Shown: positions 35,535-49,079 of the stretch, one piece after another
How positions within the stretch are numbered: the first letter of the stretch is position 1
Layout of the letters: each line of letters opens with the position of its first letter
Assembly (NCBI RefSeq): GCF_006345805.1
Contig: NC_043016.1
Location: forward strand, 11,284,001-11,348,000
Reading direction: 5' to 3'
DNA: 64,000 nt
DNA from: Octopus sinensis
Lineage: Eukaryota
The notes under the pieces: model-generated
What the model saw: the letters and a program-made list of their open reading frames with translations, nothing else
The model's database searches: none
Told to the model about the DNA's origin: nothing
Program-made: the position numbers and the translations under genes

Positions 35535-36250
35535 ATAGGTGTGGGAGTGATTGTATGGTAAAAAGCTTGTTTCCCCAACCACACAGTTCTGGGTTCAGTC
35601 CCACAGCATGGCACCTTGAGCAAGTGTCTTCTACTATAGCCTCAGGCCGACCAAAGCCTTGAAAGTATATTTGGTAGACAAAAACTGAAAGAAGCCCATC
35701 ATATGTGTGTGTGTGTATTTGTGTGTCTGTGTCCCTCCACCATTACTTTACAACGGATGTTGGTGTGTTTATGTCTCCATAACTTAGCGGTTTGGCAAAA
35801 GAGACCAACAGACTAAGTACTAGGCTGACAAAGAATAAGTCCTGGGGTTGATTTGTTCAACTAAAGGTAGTGCCCCAGCATGGTTACAATCAAAATGACT
35901 GAAACAAGTAAAAGAATAAAAGAATAGGTATAAACACACACAAATACATATTATCAGACTGAGATGCATTGAAGTTAATCTTGGCTTCGTATAGTCTCCA
36001 TTAAGTTAAAATCTTGTATGGAATTGAGCAGAATAGTAATTAGGTTTACTGTTCTACATAAATCCAGGTCTTAGGGTGGGTTGTTTTGCATGATGGGCTT
36101 CTTTCAGTTTCCATCAACCAAATCAATCCACTCACAAGGTTTTGATTGGCCCAAGGCTCTAACAGAAGACACTTGCCCAAGGTGTCACACAGTGGGACTG
36201 AACCCAGAACCATGTGGTTGGTAAGCAAACCTTTTACCACAGCCATGCCT
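35535..36250. mobile_element. SINE family 1 copies (+ at 35535-35925; - 5' half at 36090-36250)
   Basis: Family consensus motifs. Confidence 0.8.
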
Positions 36251-36459
36251 GCTTTTAACTTTTTTTTTCATTAATTGAGAAAATAATTTAAGGGAGATTT
36301 AGCAACTATTTCTAGCTTTGTGTGTGTGAGGTGTAAGTATGTGTAGTGTGAGTGTGTCTGGTGTGCCTGTGAGTGTGAGTGGTTTGAGTGTGTGGTATGT
36401 ATGTGGTCTGTGTGTGTTTGTGGTCTGTAGTGTGGTGTGTGTGTGAGAGAGAGAGAGAG

Positions 36460-36499
<40 letters not shown>

Positions 36500-36924
36500 G
36501 ATCCTGATATTAATAGGGCTGGGCTGAAATGTCTCAATACAAATCCTTCAATTAAATCGGTATCACCAACAAAAATTAATTAATCTGATTGAAAAACAAA
36601 ATCAAGACACTAATTGCTTTGTAAGTGCTTTCAAAATAAATGAACAAAATTAATTGGATATCAAATCCAAAACAAGAAATTGTAATTATTATTTAAGTAG
36701 TATTTTCTAGTTTAATACATTGTTACATGTGGTTATTGTCTATTTAAGTTAATGTCATTCCTAATTGAGTAGACATATGACTGAAGCCATTCCATCCATG
36801 ACCATCCCACCTTCTTTGTTTTTTCATGAATAGTGTGCATAGGTGTACATTTTCCAATGTGTTCTTGTTTTTTAAGATAGTTGTTTTTTTGATTGGAGGA
36901 GAGGACCCTCCCCACCCAGTATTA

Positions 36925-37419
36925 AGTTTACACTGTCAAAGGTAATGCTTATATTTATGCTTATTATTTTGAATTAATCAAGCATTATCTTGTAGCATTA
37001 AGATTGCAATGATGTGATCATTTATTTTTATTTTGTAGGCTAGGTGTAAGAGGCCAGATCCAGCCAGTTTTAACATCAAACAAAGTAGAATATTTAGGTT
37101 GGATATGACTGATTTGAGTGCTAAAGAGTTAAAGTGCACATTAGACATGTACAGTCTTGAAATAAACCATAAGGCTATTATTTTTGTATTATCTCTTTAT
37201 CCTCGAGTTAATCTTACAAATGTAATGCTTATTTATCCACATCATTATGGAATTAATCATGCATTATCTCATAGCTTTGAGATTTTAATGGTGTGATGAT
37301 TGTTTAGTTTTAGAATGATATTGTAGGGTCGGTGTGAAAGGCCTGATCTGTTCAGTTTAAACGTAACACAGGTAGAATATACAGGTTTGATATGGCTGGT
37401 TTAAATGCTAAAGGGTTAA
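36925..37419. mobile_element. Two degraded piggyBac-like MITE ends in tandem
   Basis: Both about 200-bp blocks end in GCTAAAG(A/G)GTTAA (TTAA target-like). Confidence 0.5.
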
Positions 37420-37491
37420 GGTGCTATTTCTAGCAGGTCAAACAACCACAAAAAAAAAAACCTACCTCTTTGGTTCATAAATACTTGTATT

Positions 37492-37820
37492 AATTACCTC
37501 TGCCTTAGAGAAGGCGGAGGTATTGTTTTCAGTTGAGTTTGTTTGTTTGTCCTTGGACAAGATATCTCAAGAACTGTTAGATGGATTTGGATGAAACTTT
37601 CTGGGATGGCACAAACTGATTAGATTTTGGAATTGATCCAGTACTGGACAAGGATTCTGGATTATTTTTCCTGTTTTTTTACTTAATTTTTGAGAGCAGT
37701 CAGGTTCATTTTAAGTATTCTCATTTGTGAGAGCAGTCAAGTTTATTTCAGATATTCTCATTATAAAAATCATCTCTGGCTAATCATTGAAAGGACATTG
37801 GTTTTGCCTTTCTTGTTTAT
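37492..37820 (+). mobile_element. Helentron/HINE-like element
   Basis: ATTACCTCTGCC(TTAGAGAA)GGCGGAGGT subterminal hairpin followed by a GTTTGTTTGT microsatellite and GATGAAACTT. Confidence 0.55.
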
Positions 37821-37999
37821 ATAGTGTGGTTGTTATAATTTAGTCCCTGGTCAGTTTTAATTAAATGGATCTATGGTCTACTAAAGTATTCCAGTCATGA
37901 CCATCTGGTCTGTTGCCTAAATAGATAGAAACTAAGATGCAAGTAATTAATCAGCATGTGCTACTCTGAGATGATTGGATATGTGATTTGGCTGCTATT

Positions 38000-38612
38000 T
38001 CAAACAGGTTGAAAGTGATACCCTGTTGTTTTTGGTAAGAAACTCACAAGTGAGGAGAGCTTGGTGACAGGGTGCATTGACATCATGAAGAATCCAGTTC
38101 TTCATGATCTACAGATCCAGTTACTTTCACTGAATATCCTCCTTCAAATACTTCAAAACATTGCAGTAGAACTCTCAATTGATGGTCTGGCCTTGGGGGA
38201 CAAATTCTCAATGCACAATACCACAGATGTCGAAAGATACGATGGGCGTGCTCTTGATTGAGCTGTGGTTTTGTCATGTCTTCTTCCGTTGTGGAAATGA
38301 AGGGCTCTTCCATTTTGACAACTGCTGCTTTGTCTCAGGGTTGTACTCAATGACTCTGTAGCAAACTTCCCAAGTCTAATACAAAATTTCACATTGGCTC
38401 GTAATTCCTGTCTGTGACAAAATCGCAGACTACAGCATACACAGGATCATGAAAACACAAATGTTGCAACTTGCAAAGTAAACACAGCAATATCATTTGG
38501 CACACAGCCTCATGAAGGTCACTGCTGGCTTTCACTGTGCACACAACTGGGTGCTGCCATCTGTTGGCATGCTACAGAATTAATCCGGGAACTTTTTGAT
38601 ACCACTTCATAC
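38000..38612 (-). mobile_element. Internally deleted mariner element
   Basis: MKFCIRLGKFATESLS... N-terminus, RARPSYLST, then FVPQGQTINREFYCNVLK...ILHDVNAPCH; TIR-like end near 38585-38612. Confidence 0.8.
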
Positions 38613-39531
38613 ATACACCTCTCTGAAACTTTTTAGGTACTTCTCAGTACATCTTCCCCGACATCTCACATCCGCTTTCTCTATCCCATCTCTGTCTCCT
38701 TTTCCAACTGGTGGGTAGCCATGTGGGTAGCCATGTATCTCCTCTACAGAAAGACACCTATTTTTGTCCCTCTTTCACTCTAATCTCTCATCAACAGGTA
38801 GAAAGCCACCTCTTTCAATTCTACTCCCCATCTTCAGTTAATGGGTTTTGTCTTGCAAGATACTTGGTAACCTGACTGCTGTTGGTGCCATGTAAAATAC
38901 ATGTAGCACACACTATAAAGTAGTTGGCATTAGGAACAGTACCAAGCTGTAGAAACCATACCAAAGCAGACAGTAGAGTTTAGCATAGTCTTCTGGCTTA
39001 CCAGCTCCTATCAAACCACCAAGAATGCAAAACAGATGTTAAATGATGACGATGATGATGATGAAAAAAAGGCAATATTTTTCAAGTGCCATAACAGATT
39101 ACAAGAAATCAGAAAGAATTTAGCAGAAAACCAATGTAATTGATTCCAGAATTTATCTGAGAATTCTTTAAATCCACATCATCTGAAATAAATAAATAAA
39201 TTTATTAAATTTAAAATATATAAAAATTTAGTATTTAGAAAAAAATTTATTTTTCTTGAATTATTTTCTACGTATTATATTCGATACTTCAACTTAACAC
39301 CCATTATCGCCATAAAAATTGCCACCTCCATCATCAATAGTAGCACCATCACCATCATAACCATCACCTTCATCACCATTATCATCATTATCATAGCCAT
39401 TATCCTCATTGTCATCACCATTAAGATCATCATCATCATTATCATCACTACCATCATCATCAACACAAAACCAGCTGTGTGCAAGTTTTACTGTATGGTT
39501 AAAACATTTGCTTTGCAACTATTTGTTTCAG

Positions 39532-39559
39532 AGTTCCATCCCAATGAACATAGCGTTTT
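39532..39559 (+). other. Candidate 28-nt micro-exon
   Basis: tttgtttcag|AGTTCCATCCCAATGAACATAGCGTTTT|gtaagt; open reading (E)FHPNEHSV. No protein match recognised. Confidence 0.2.
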
Positions 39560-40194
39560 GTAAGTTAAATTTCTACATTTTCTCAACTGGTTTCACAATT
39601 ATTATGATGATATTTTACACATCACTTTTGAAAAAGTAGTTGTCTATTACACATGGCTTGTATTTCCTAATAAATACATTTTCCTTCTTCTTCCATATTT
39701 GATTGGTAATATTGACAACATATTTATTAAATGGGAAAGCTCAATATTTAGGGAATTTATTTGCCACACATTAGTCCAAATCTTCACTGACTGATATTTG
39801 TTGGGTATCAGCATTTTATATTTGATGATGATGTACAGACATTCCTTTCCTCGAAATTTTATCCCTTTTTTTTTCCTGTGTAATCATTATTACATTTATT
39901 ACATTTAATAATATAAATTAAATTCATTAATGCACAACTGAAGTTATAGTTTATGATAAATATTTGTCTCAATTCAAATTCATAATTTGCGCCTTCAATA
40001 CAATTAAGACAGATTTCATTTAGAATTATTCACACGTTTTGTCTACTGGAACAGTATTTTCATTTGCTAAGTTGATACTGGCTCACAATTTCTGTAAATG
40101 TTTTGTGTTTTTCTTTAAACTGTTTTAATTTACTTGTATCATTCTCTTTGCATGTATACATATATGCATGTGTGTATATATATATAATAATAAT

Positions 40195-40660
40195 ATTAGG
40201 GAGTAAATCCAAACTTACAGGGAAAAATTAGATTTAGGATTAAATCTAATTTTACAGTATAAATATATATATGTATATATTAAATTAGAGATAAAACCAC
40301 TATTAGGCAAATCAAACAGTGAATAACATAAACCAAAAAACATAGAAATAAAATTAATTAATATGATATACAAAATATATAAAATATAAAATTCAAAATT
40401 TAAATCATTTAAATTTAAAGTGAAAATTAAAAAAAAATTTTTAATTAATTTATACTTATAAATGTTTATATATATATATATGTAGGTCCCGGGTTGATTC
40501 GGGGTTAACCACAGTAAATAAGGTACTCAATACATAGCAGAGTAAAATTAATTTATTATATAGAAGGAGCTTCTACAGGACTAGAACTGTTTCATTCAAG
40601 AGAAATCTTCAGGAAGCTAGTTAACAAGAATTGTATTGGCATTTATACATTATTATATAT
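40195..40660 (-). mobile_element. Solo PLE-type terminal repeat
   Basis: AT-rich repeat bounded by (TA)n/(TAA)n and carrying a canonical hammerhead. Confidence 0.5.
40568..40618 (-). ncRNA. Type I hammerhead ribozyme candidate, monomer-competent
   Basis: AGCUUC-CUGAAGA-U UUC(UCUU)GAA U-GAA-ACAG(UUCUAGUC)CUGU-A-GAAGCU: 6-bp stem I, 4-bp stem III, GUA site. Confidence 0.75.
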
Positions 40661-40790
40661 ATATAATATATATATATAATATATATATAAATATATATAT
40701 ATATATTATATATAAATATATATATGGCATTTATACATTATTTATATAATATTATATATATATATAAATATATATATGGCATTTATACAT

Positions 40791-40832
<42 letters not shown>

Positions 40833-41054
40833 ATATATAATATATATTATATATATATTTTATTATTTTTATTTTTATTATTATTTATTTTTATTTTTTT
40901 ATTTTTTTTTATTATTTATTTATTTATATATTTATTTATATATTTATTCATTTATTTATTTATTTATTTAATTTTAATTTTTTTTAAAAATATATATAAC
41001 TATCAAAAAGTATTAAAAAGTTTAATATAAGATAAAAAGATATATATATACATG

Positions 41055-41285
41055 AGGGCGGTGAGCTGGCAGAAATGTTGGCACGCCGGATAAAATGCTT
41101 AGCAATATTTCGTCTGCCATTATGTTCTGAGTTCAAACTCCACCAAGGTCAACTTTACCTTTCATCCTTTCAGGGTAGATTAAATAAGTACTAGATATGC
41201 ACTGGAGTCAATCTAATCAACTTAATCCCTTTGTCTGTCCCTGTTTGTCCCCTCTATGTTTAGCCCCCTGTAGATAATAAAGAAA
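41055..41285 (+). mobile_element. SINE family 2
   Basis: GGCGGTGAGCTGGCAGAAATG head and family body. Confidence 0.85.
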
Positions 41286-41499
41286 TATGTACACACACCA
41301 CACACACATATGTATACCTCCTTCTGAGGACTCACCTAGCTAAGTGAAATCATGGCCATTGCCAGTCCAGAATGTTGGGCCCTACAGAGGTGGTGAAGTA
41401 TGAATTTTAGGCCCCACGTAGGCGATGACAAGTGACCAAGACCTTTGGTAATATGCAGTGCTTGAGAAGACATGTCAAGCGAAATGAAATTATAGCTGT

Positions 41500-41790
41500 G
41501 GCTGTTGCCAGTGTCATATAAATGGCACTTGGGAAATCGTTGTCAACATCATGCATACGGAACCCATGCCAATGGCACATAAAAAAGCACCTATTACGCT
41601 CTGGGAGTGGTTGGCATTAGGAAGGGCATCCAGATGTAGAAAACCATGCCAAATCAGAATGGAACATGGTGCAGCCCTCCAGCTTACCAGTTTCAGTTAA
41701 GTGATTAACCCATGCCGCTTACCAGTTTCAGTTAAGTGATTAACCCATGCCGGAATGGAAACCGGACAGTAAATGACTATGATGATGATA
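41500..41790 (+). mobile_element. RTE-tailed non-autonomous repeat, diverged
   Basis: GAGTGGTTGGCATTAGGAAGGGCATCCAG...(GAT)n. Confidence 0.65.
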
Positions 41791-42276
41791 TTGATGATGA
41801 TGATTACATGTGTGGTGTGGGTGTGGCATATTCACTTCCCCACCCATACCATTTCTTTTACACACTCCCTTCGCATAATTTGATGATACACCCTGGCACA
41901 TCTTCACTATATTTTCATTTTTCTTTTCTAAAAGAGGTAACCATGGCATGTAGGTAACCCTACAGCATGACACCTGTTCATGTCCTTCAATCATGATTTA
42001 GCCATTCCTCACCTGGTAAAAAGCCACTTTCCTAAAACACCCCGCCCCACTCAGTTGGCAGGTCTTGTTTTGCAAGTTACTTGATGGCCTTTCTAGTGTT
42101 GCAAAAAGCACTTGGCACAATCTGGAAAAGTAGCTGGGGTTTTGAAGGGCATCCAGTTGTAAAAATTATACCAAAGTAGACATTGGATTTTAATGCAATC
42201 CTCTGGCTTGCCAGCTTTGAAAACAGTCATTAAACAATGATGATGATGATGAAGATAATATACATATCTATATATG

Positions 42277-42339
<63 letters not shown>

Positions 42340-42344
42340 TAAGG

Positions 42345-42800
42345 TGCAAGTGTAGCTGCATGGTAAGAAGCTTGCTTCTCAACCACATGGTTCCTGGCTC
42401 AGTTCCACTGAGTGGCATCTTGGGCAAGTGTCATCTACTATAACCTTGGACTGACCAAAGCCTTCTGTATTGATTTGGTAGACAGAAACTGTAAGAAAAC
42501 TATTATATGTGTGTGGGTGTGGGTATGTGTGGGTGGGGTGTGTGCATGTGTGTGTGTGTGTGTGTGTTTGTGTGTATGTGGCTGCGTGTCTGTGTTTGAC
42601 CCCCACCATTGTTTGACAACCAGTGTTGGTGAATCTGTCCCCATAACTTAACAGTTCAGCAAAGGTGACCAACAGGAATAAGTATCAGGCTTAGAAAATA
42701 CAAAAAATAAGTACTGGGATCAATTCATTCAAGTGAAAATTCTTCAAAGTGGTGCCCCAGCATGGCCACAGACTAGTGACTGAAACGAGTAAAAAGAAAA
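42345..42800 (+). mobile_element. SINE family 1, diverged
   Basis: Family head, microsatellite and tail. Confidence 0.75.
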
Positions 42801-42889
42801 AAAACCACAATTGTAGTGACTTATAAAAGCGTTTGATATACTTTATAGTATATTTATGGTTGCATAGCAGAAAACCACATCCTTACAAG

Positions 42890-43323
42890 CAGGGCTGTGG
42901 AGTCGAAGTTGGAGTCATGGAGTTGGAAACTATTAAGAAGTAGCTGGAGTCAGAGTCGGTGAAACTATAAAGACTCTGACTCCGACTCACAATACCTTTA
43001 TTCTTTAATATAAACCAGTTGTAAGATATAAGCCCTACTCCGAGTACAAGCGTATGCATATGCTTTATGAGATATGTAGACCAAAACCACTCGGTCTACA
43101 TAGGAATCGGAGTCAGAATTGAAGTCAGAGTCGGAATCGGAGTTGGATTCAGAATTGGAATCAGAATTGGAGTAGGAATTGGAGTCAGAGTCGGAGTCGG
43201 AGTTGGCATCAGAGTCAGAATCAAAGTTGGATGTGCCAATATTACAGGAGTCAGAATCGAAATAAGAGATGCCAATAGTACAGGAGTCAGAGTCGAAATT
43301 TTTGTTTTGACTCCACAGCCCTG
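42890..43323. mobile_element. hAT-type MITE with internal (GGAGTC/AGAATC)n hexamer array
   Basis: TIRs CAGGGCTGTGGAGTC / GACTCCACAGCCCTG; perfect 8-bp TSD CTTACAAG at 42882-42889 and 43324-43331. Confidence 0.9.
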
Positions 43324-43872
43324 CTTACAAGTCATGTACATGAAATTGACTTATGAAAACATTTAATATTCAGGGTGCAGCAGAAGTGACACATTGTTGT
43401 ATTTGAGTTTTCTAGCTCCTAATTGAGGTTTTTTTTCTTTATTTTCTAAAAGTTCTGTGATTTTTTTCATTAGTTTATTATTCATTTCTTTAAGTAATGT
43501 AATAAATAATTACTTAATAAGCATTTATCCATGTGTGCGCCTGTAATGTGTATGTATACATGTTTGTGCGTGTGGATTTTATATATATATATGTGTGTGT
43601 GTATGTGTATGCCTGTATAAATATGTATATACTGTCACATTTGTATATAATATACCTATACATATAGGTGCATGTGTGTTGTGTGTGTGTGTATGTGCCT
43701 GTGTGTACAGATATAGAGTTTGGTTATGTACACACACATGTAAGCACACACACATGTAAGCACACACACACATGTAAACACACAGACACATGCATTCACA
43801 CATGCACACGTATGGAAATTACAAACATTCTAAGCCCACTCCTCGCACACCATACACGGGAGATGTCTCCTC

Positions 43873-44270
43873 ATCTTTATATATAAAAGTGAGGTTGCGT
43901 GCTGTCTGTCTCCTACGGTTTAGATTCCTAACTACTCTCACATTTTGCGATGCAGTTTAACCAAAACCGGTATTTATAGTTTGATTCATATCGAGCCTTC
44001 TGGGTATTAGCGCGCGTCTACGATGAGTCTACGATTTTTAAAAATAATTTACCATCATTTTTTTCCATTTTAATGCATTTTTTCGCTATTATTATAAGGG
44101 AAGTAACTCTCTAAAAATGTATTAATAATCTCAGAACGTAAAAAGCTACAGTAACACCCCTCCCCCTTTGTGGTTAGCATATTGAGATGGCTATTATACT
44201 TTACATCTCTAAAAATGCTTATATAGTTATTTCCTTACAAACCCGAGCAACGCCGGGCGATACTGCTAGT
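43873..44270 (-). mobile_element. Helitron/Helentron-like element (second copy)
   Basis: Reverse complement of 21141-21550, with both ends preserved. Confidence 0.75.
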
Positions 44271-45906
44271 ATACTATAAAAGTTATTAATGCAAAAAGAG
44301 TGTTACTTCTGCCATACTCTGTACTTTATGTCATACTATGGTTGCATAATGAAAGACCACGTACCTACAAATCCTTAGTCTTTACCTACCAAATGCCAGG
44401 AATTACGTACCAAATTACATACCAAATGCCAGTTAAATATGTAAAATTGATATATCCGATAGCATTACACCACTGTACTTAGTGGCTATTCAAGCAATGT
44501 ATTCATGGATAATTAAGGAGCTAGAAGGGTGCTGAGGAAGGTGCCCCAAATCCTGAAATATGGCATAAATGCCCATTAACCTTTTTTCATCTTTGATCTC
44601 AATGTTTGTTTGCATCTGACATCTCGGAATACAAAATGTCATAACAAAAATTTGGTGCTGGCTACAATTTCTGTTGAATATCTGCAGAGGAAACCTCAAC
44701 ATGTGATGTTATAGCACTGCTAACACAGTAGAACACAGTATTGACTTATAAAAACATTTACGTAGCATATTATGGTCGCATAACAAAAATTGCATCCCTA
44801 CAAATCATAAAAAAAAAATAAGGGGTAATTTTTCATTTACCACAAATAAGTGTAAATTTATAGTAAAAAGCGTTTCTTCTGGCACCAAACTGTGGGGTCA
44901 AAACCAAAAATTGCGATTTCATAATGGAAAATTCTTAATCAAGCAGTACCAGTACCATACCTATTTTGCCAGATGTCTACCCATCGGCCCACGCTATACA
45001 GAAACTATCTATATGGGATATAGAATAATAAATACTGCAGATACCTTGTAACAGTTTGTTTTTTGAGGATCAGACAGTTTGCATTACTTGTGGAGCCAGA
45101 AAATATGCATGTATGTATATGCATATATACATTTATATATGAGTGTGTGTGTGTGTGTGTGTGTGTGAATGTGTCTGTATTTGTATGTTTGCATACAAAT
45201 ACAGACACACACATACATACATGTGTATATATGCTTAGGTATGCATGTACATCTATGTATATATATATGTATGTGTGGTATGTGAATATATGTCTATGTC
45301 TGAGTATGTGTATACATAATATGTGCTTATATATATATATATGTATGTATGCATTCATGTATGTATCCATATATACATATACACAGACAAACACACACAC
45401 ACACACATATATATTACACATACACATATACTTAATATATACACACACACTTTTATCTATATACATACATATATATTCTGACACGTATACATAAATATAT
45501 ATATATATATGCACACACACACACATATATACGTAGATATATATATGCACACACGCATCTATATATATATATATATATATATATGCAAGTGTGTGTTGTG
45601 TGTGTGTAAATATGTATGTACTTATACAAACATAAGTGTGTATGCATGTGTGTGTGTGTTTGTATAAGTGTATACATTTATTATCATTTTTATCTCTTAT
45701 TTTCCTCTTTTGCACATCTCCAATCCTTTCCCAAGAGAAAAATCAGCAGGTTTTGTTTTCTTGCTCCTGATTATAAAGACTGGTAGCATCACCGTTTCAC
45801 AACACACATGCACACACACACGCACACACACATGCATTGTATGCATACACAATCACACATGCATGCACACAAACAAATATACATGCATAGACACATATAA
45901 AGACAT

Positions 45907-45947
<41 letters not shown>

Positions 45948-46003
45948 CATACAACATATATATTATACATATACTATGTATAATGTGTGTGCATATGTGT
46001 GTG

Positions 46004-46055
<52 letters not shown>

Positions 46056-46694
46056 ATTAGACATATGCATACATAGCAACATATATAGTTTCATACAGAT
46101 GATAACATATAGACTAATGCGTGTGTGTGTGTGTGTGTGTGTGAGTGTGCATGTACACATTGTGTGTATATACGAATGCATGAAATCACAGAAACATGTT
46201 TATTCATAGAAATGTATAAAAATATACTTAGATATATACACAAATAATTAAATGCATATGCTCACGTGTGCATAGACACACACACACATACACACACATA
46301 CAAACTCATAAACACATCTATTCATTCATGCACACATACACACATGCATATACATATATATATATAGTTTGTTTTTAAGTTCACTCATAATAAAAACAAT
46401 TTTTCATTAATCTGGTGGGTCACTCTCTACTTTTGTAGAGTACAAATTTATAAATGTTGTTGATAGTGAGTTCGAAGTTTCAGTCAGTTAAGCCATCGTC
46501 GAACCTCAATGCATTGAAATTAATCTTGGCTTCGTATAGTCTTTGTTGAAGAATATTTTAACTCAACAGAGACTATTTAAATTCGAGACTAACTCTGAGG
46601 TATTGAAGTCTGACGGTGACTTAAGTGGCCAATACTTTGAAATCAGTGTCATCAACATTCTTGTAAAAGAATAACAAATACATGCATACATACG

Positions 46695-46732
<38 letters not shown>

Positions 46733-46738
<6 letters not shown>

Positions 46739-48510
46739 AATAAAATAGAACATATGCATATATATAAACATATATGTACGTACCTACCTCTACATGTACA
46801 TATACACGCATATATGAGTACAGGACACAAAAAGACGTCGAACACATAGAGAGACGAAAAACATAGACACAAACCAAGGAACAAGACAAGCAAAAAAAGA
46901 GATACAGGACAATAAGCACAACGAAAAATCCCCTTCTTCAGTCGCTAAGGTTTCATCTACTAAACGTTTCGAAAGATAAAAGCGAGACGTATACTTCGAA
47001 GAAAACTTCCTTCCTGCGAAAAGCAAATCAATTAAAATTCTGAGATCTTTTCGCAGAGGGTAAAAAAAAGCAAGACGGTAACGACAGTACAAACATATAA
47101 ACAGTAAAAAATATATATATAAACAGTGGAAAAATAAATATATAACAGTGAGAGACAGGACAAGGAGAACAAGATAAGAAGGGCTGTTACGCCAGACGAA
47201 AAAAGTATTGCAAACGCTGGATTATAGTGGACGACGAGAGAGAAAGAATGTCGACCAGTAGCCTTAGAAGGCGGGCGAGAAAAGACAGGATAGCAGTTAC
47301 GACGGAAGTATCGTCGCAGATGGACGACGGGAATGGGGGAGGAGGAGGCAAGAGGAAGAGAGAGAAGAAGGGGAATGGTGCGAGGAGACCATGAAGAACG
47401 GTGGGGGAGAGAGGAGAGGAAAAGAGACAAGTTAAGTGAGGGAAAAAAGACAAAAAGGGAATGGGAGAGAAAGAAAGAAAGATGCAGAGTCGCGTGAGAG
47501 TTAATATCAAGGCTAACTTGATAAACAGAACAATCTTACTTAATAGGGTGCGTGCGTTTAGTCGTATAATATGTTAATAAAATAGAACATATGCATATAT
47601 ATAAACATATATGTACGTACCTACCTCTACATGTACATATACACGCATATATGTGTACAGGACACAAAAAGAACATCGAACACATAGAGAGACGAAAAAC
47701 ATAGACACAAACCAAGGAACAAGACAAGCAAAAAAAGAGATACAGGACAATAAGCACAACGAAAAATCCCCTTCTTCAGTCGCTAAGGTTTCATCTACTA
47801 AACGTTTCGAAGGATAAAAGCGAGACGTATACTTCGAAGAAAACTTCCTTCCTGCGAAAAGCAAATCAATTAAAATTCTGAGATCTTTTCGCAGAGGGGT
47901 AAAAAAAGCAAGACGGTAAAACCAGTACAAACATATAAACAGTAAAAAATATATATATAAACAGTGGAAAAATAAATATATAACAGTGAGAGACAGGACA
48001 AGGAGAACAAGATAGAAGGGCTGTTAACGCCAGACGAAAAAAGTATTGCAAACGCTGGATTATAGTGGACGACGAGAGAGAAAGAATGTCGACCAGTAGC
48101 CTTAGAAGGCGGGCGAGAAAAGACAGGATAGCAGTTACGACGGAAGTATCGTCGCAGATGGACGACGGAAGTATCGTCGCAGATGGACGACGGGAATGGG
48201 GGAGGAGGAGCAAGAGGAAGAGAGAGAAGAAGGGGAATGGTGCGAGGAGACCATGAAGAACGGTGAGAGGGAGAGAGGAGAGGAAGAGACAAGTTAAGTG
48301 AGGGAAAAAAAGACGAAAAAAGGAATGGGAGAGAAAGAAAGAAAGATGCAGAGTCGCGTGAGAGTTAATATCAAGGCTAACTTGATAAACAGAACAATCT
48401 TACTTAATAGGGTGCGTGCGTTTAGTCATATAATATGTTAATAAAATAGAACATATGCATATATATAAACATATATGTACGTACCTACCTCTACATGTAA
48501 CAATACACGC
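46733..48510 (-). mobile_element. Head-to-tail array (about 2.1 units of about 840 bp), probably PLE-derived
   Basis: Units start near 46733, 47570 and 48432. The minus-strand peptide HLRRYFRRNCYP...SLVVHYNP resembles the PLE post-RT L..F..NGYP...LVL.YHP segment. Confidence 0.65.
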
Positions 48511-48527
48511 ATATATATATATTATAT

Positions 48528-48569
<42 letters not shown>

Positions 48570-48570
<1 letters not shown>

Positions 48571-48792
48571 GGAGCTGGTAGAAAATTTAGCACGCCGGGT
48601 GAAATTCGTAGCCGTATTCGTCTGTCGTTACGTTCCGAGTTCAAATTCCGCCGAGGTCGACTTTGCCTTTCATCCTTTCGGGGTCGATAAATTAGTACCA
48701 GTTACGCACTGGGATCGATGTAGTCGACTTAATCCCTTTGTCTTTCCTTGTTTGTCCCCTCTGTGTTTAGCCCCTTGTGGGTAGTAAAGAAA
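48570..48792 (+). mobile_element. SINE family 2
   Basis: Family consensus. Confidence 0.9.
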
Positions 48793-49046
48793 TATATATA
48801 TATATATATATATACACACAGACACACACACACACATACATGCTAACACAAATACATTCACACATGCATATATCTATACAATATATATATATACATACAC
48901 ACACACACACACATACATACATGCTAACACAAATACATTCACACATGCATATATCTATACAATATACACACACACACACACGCACATACATACACATATA
49001 CATACATGCTAACACAAATACATTCACACATGCATATATCCATACA

Positions 49047-49079
<33 letters not shown>

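Noticed and set aside
43080-43300. CRISPR-like or coding hexamer array
   Set aside because: It is a degenerate GGAGTC/AGAATC tandem inside a hAT MITE, with no unique spacers and in a eukaryotic context.
46925-47000. Permuted (type II-like) hammerhead in the 840-bp tandem unit
   Set aside because: The core words are present, but no stem I can form and stem II would be mostly G.U. Kept only as part of a finding, not called as a ribozyme.
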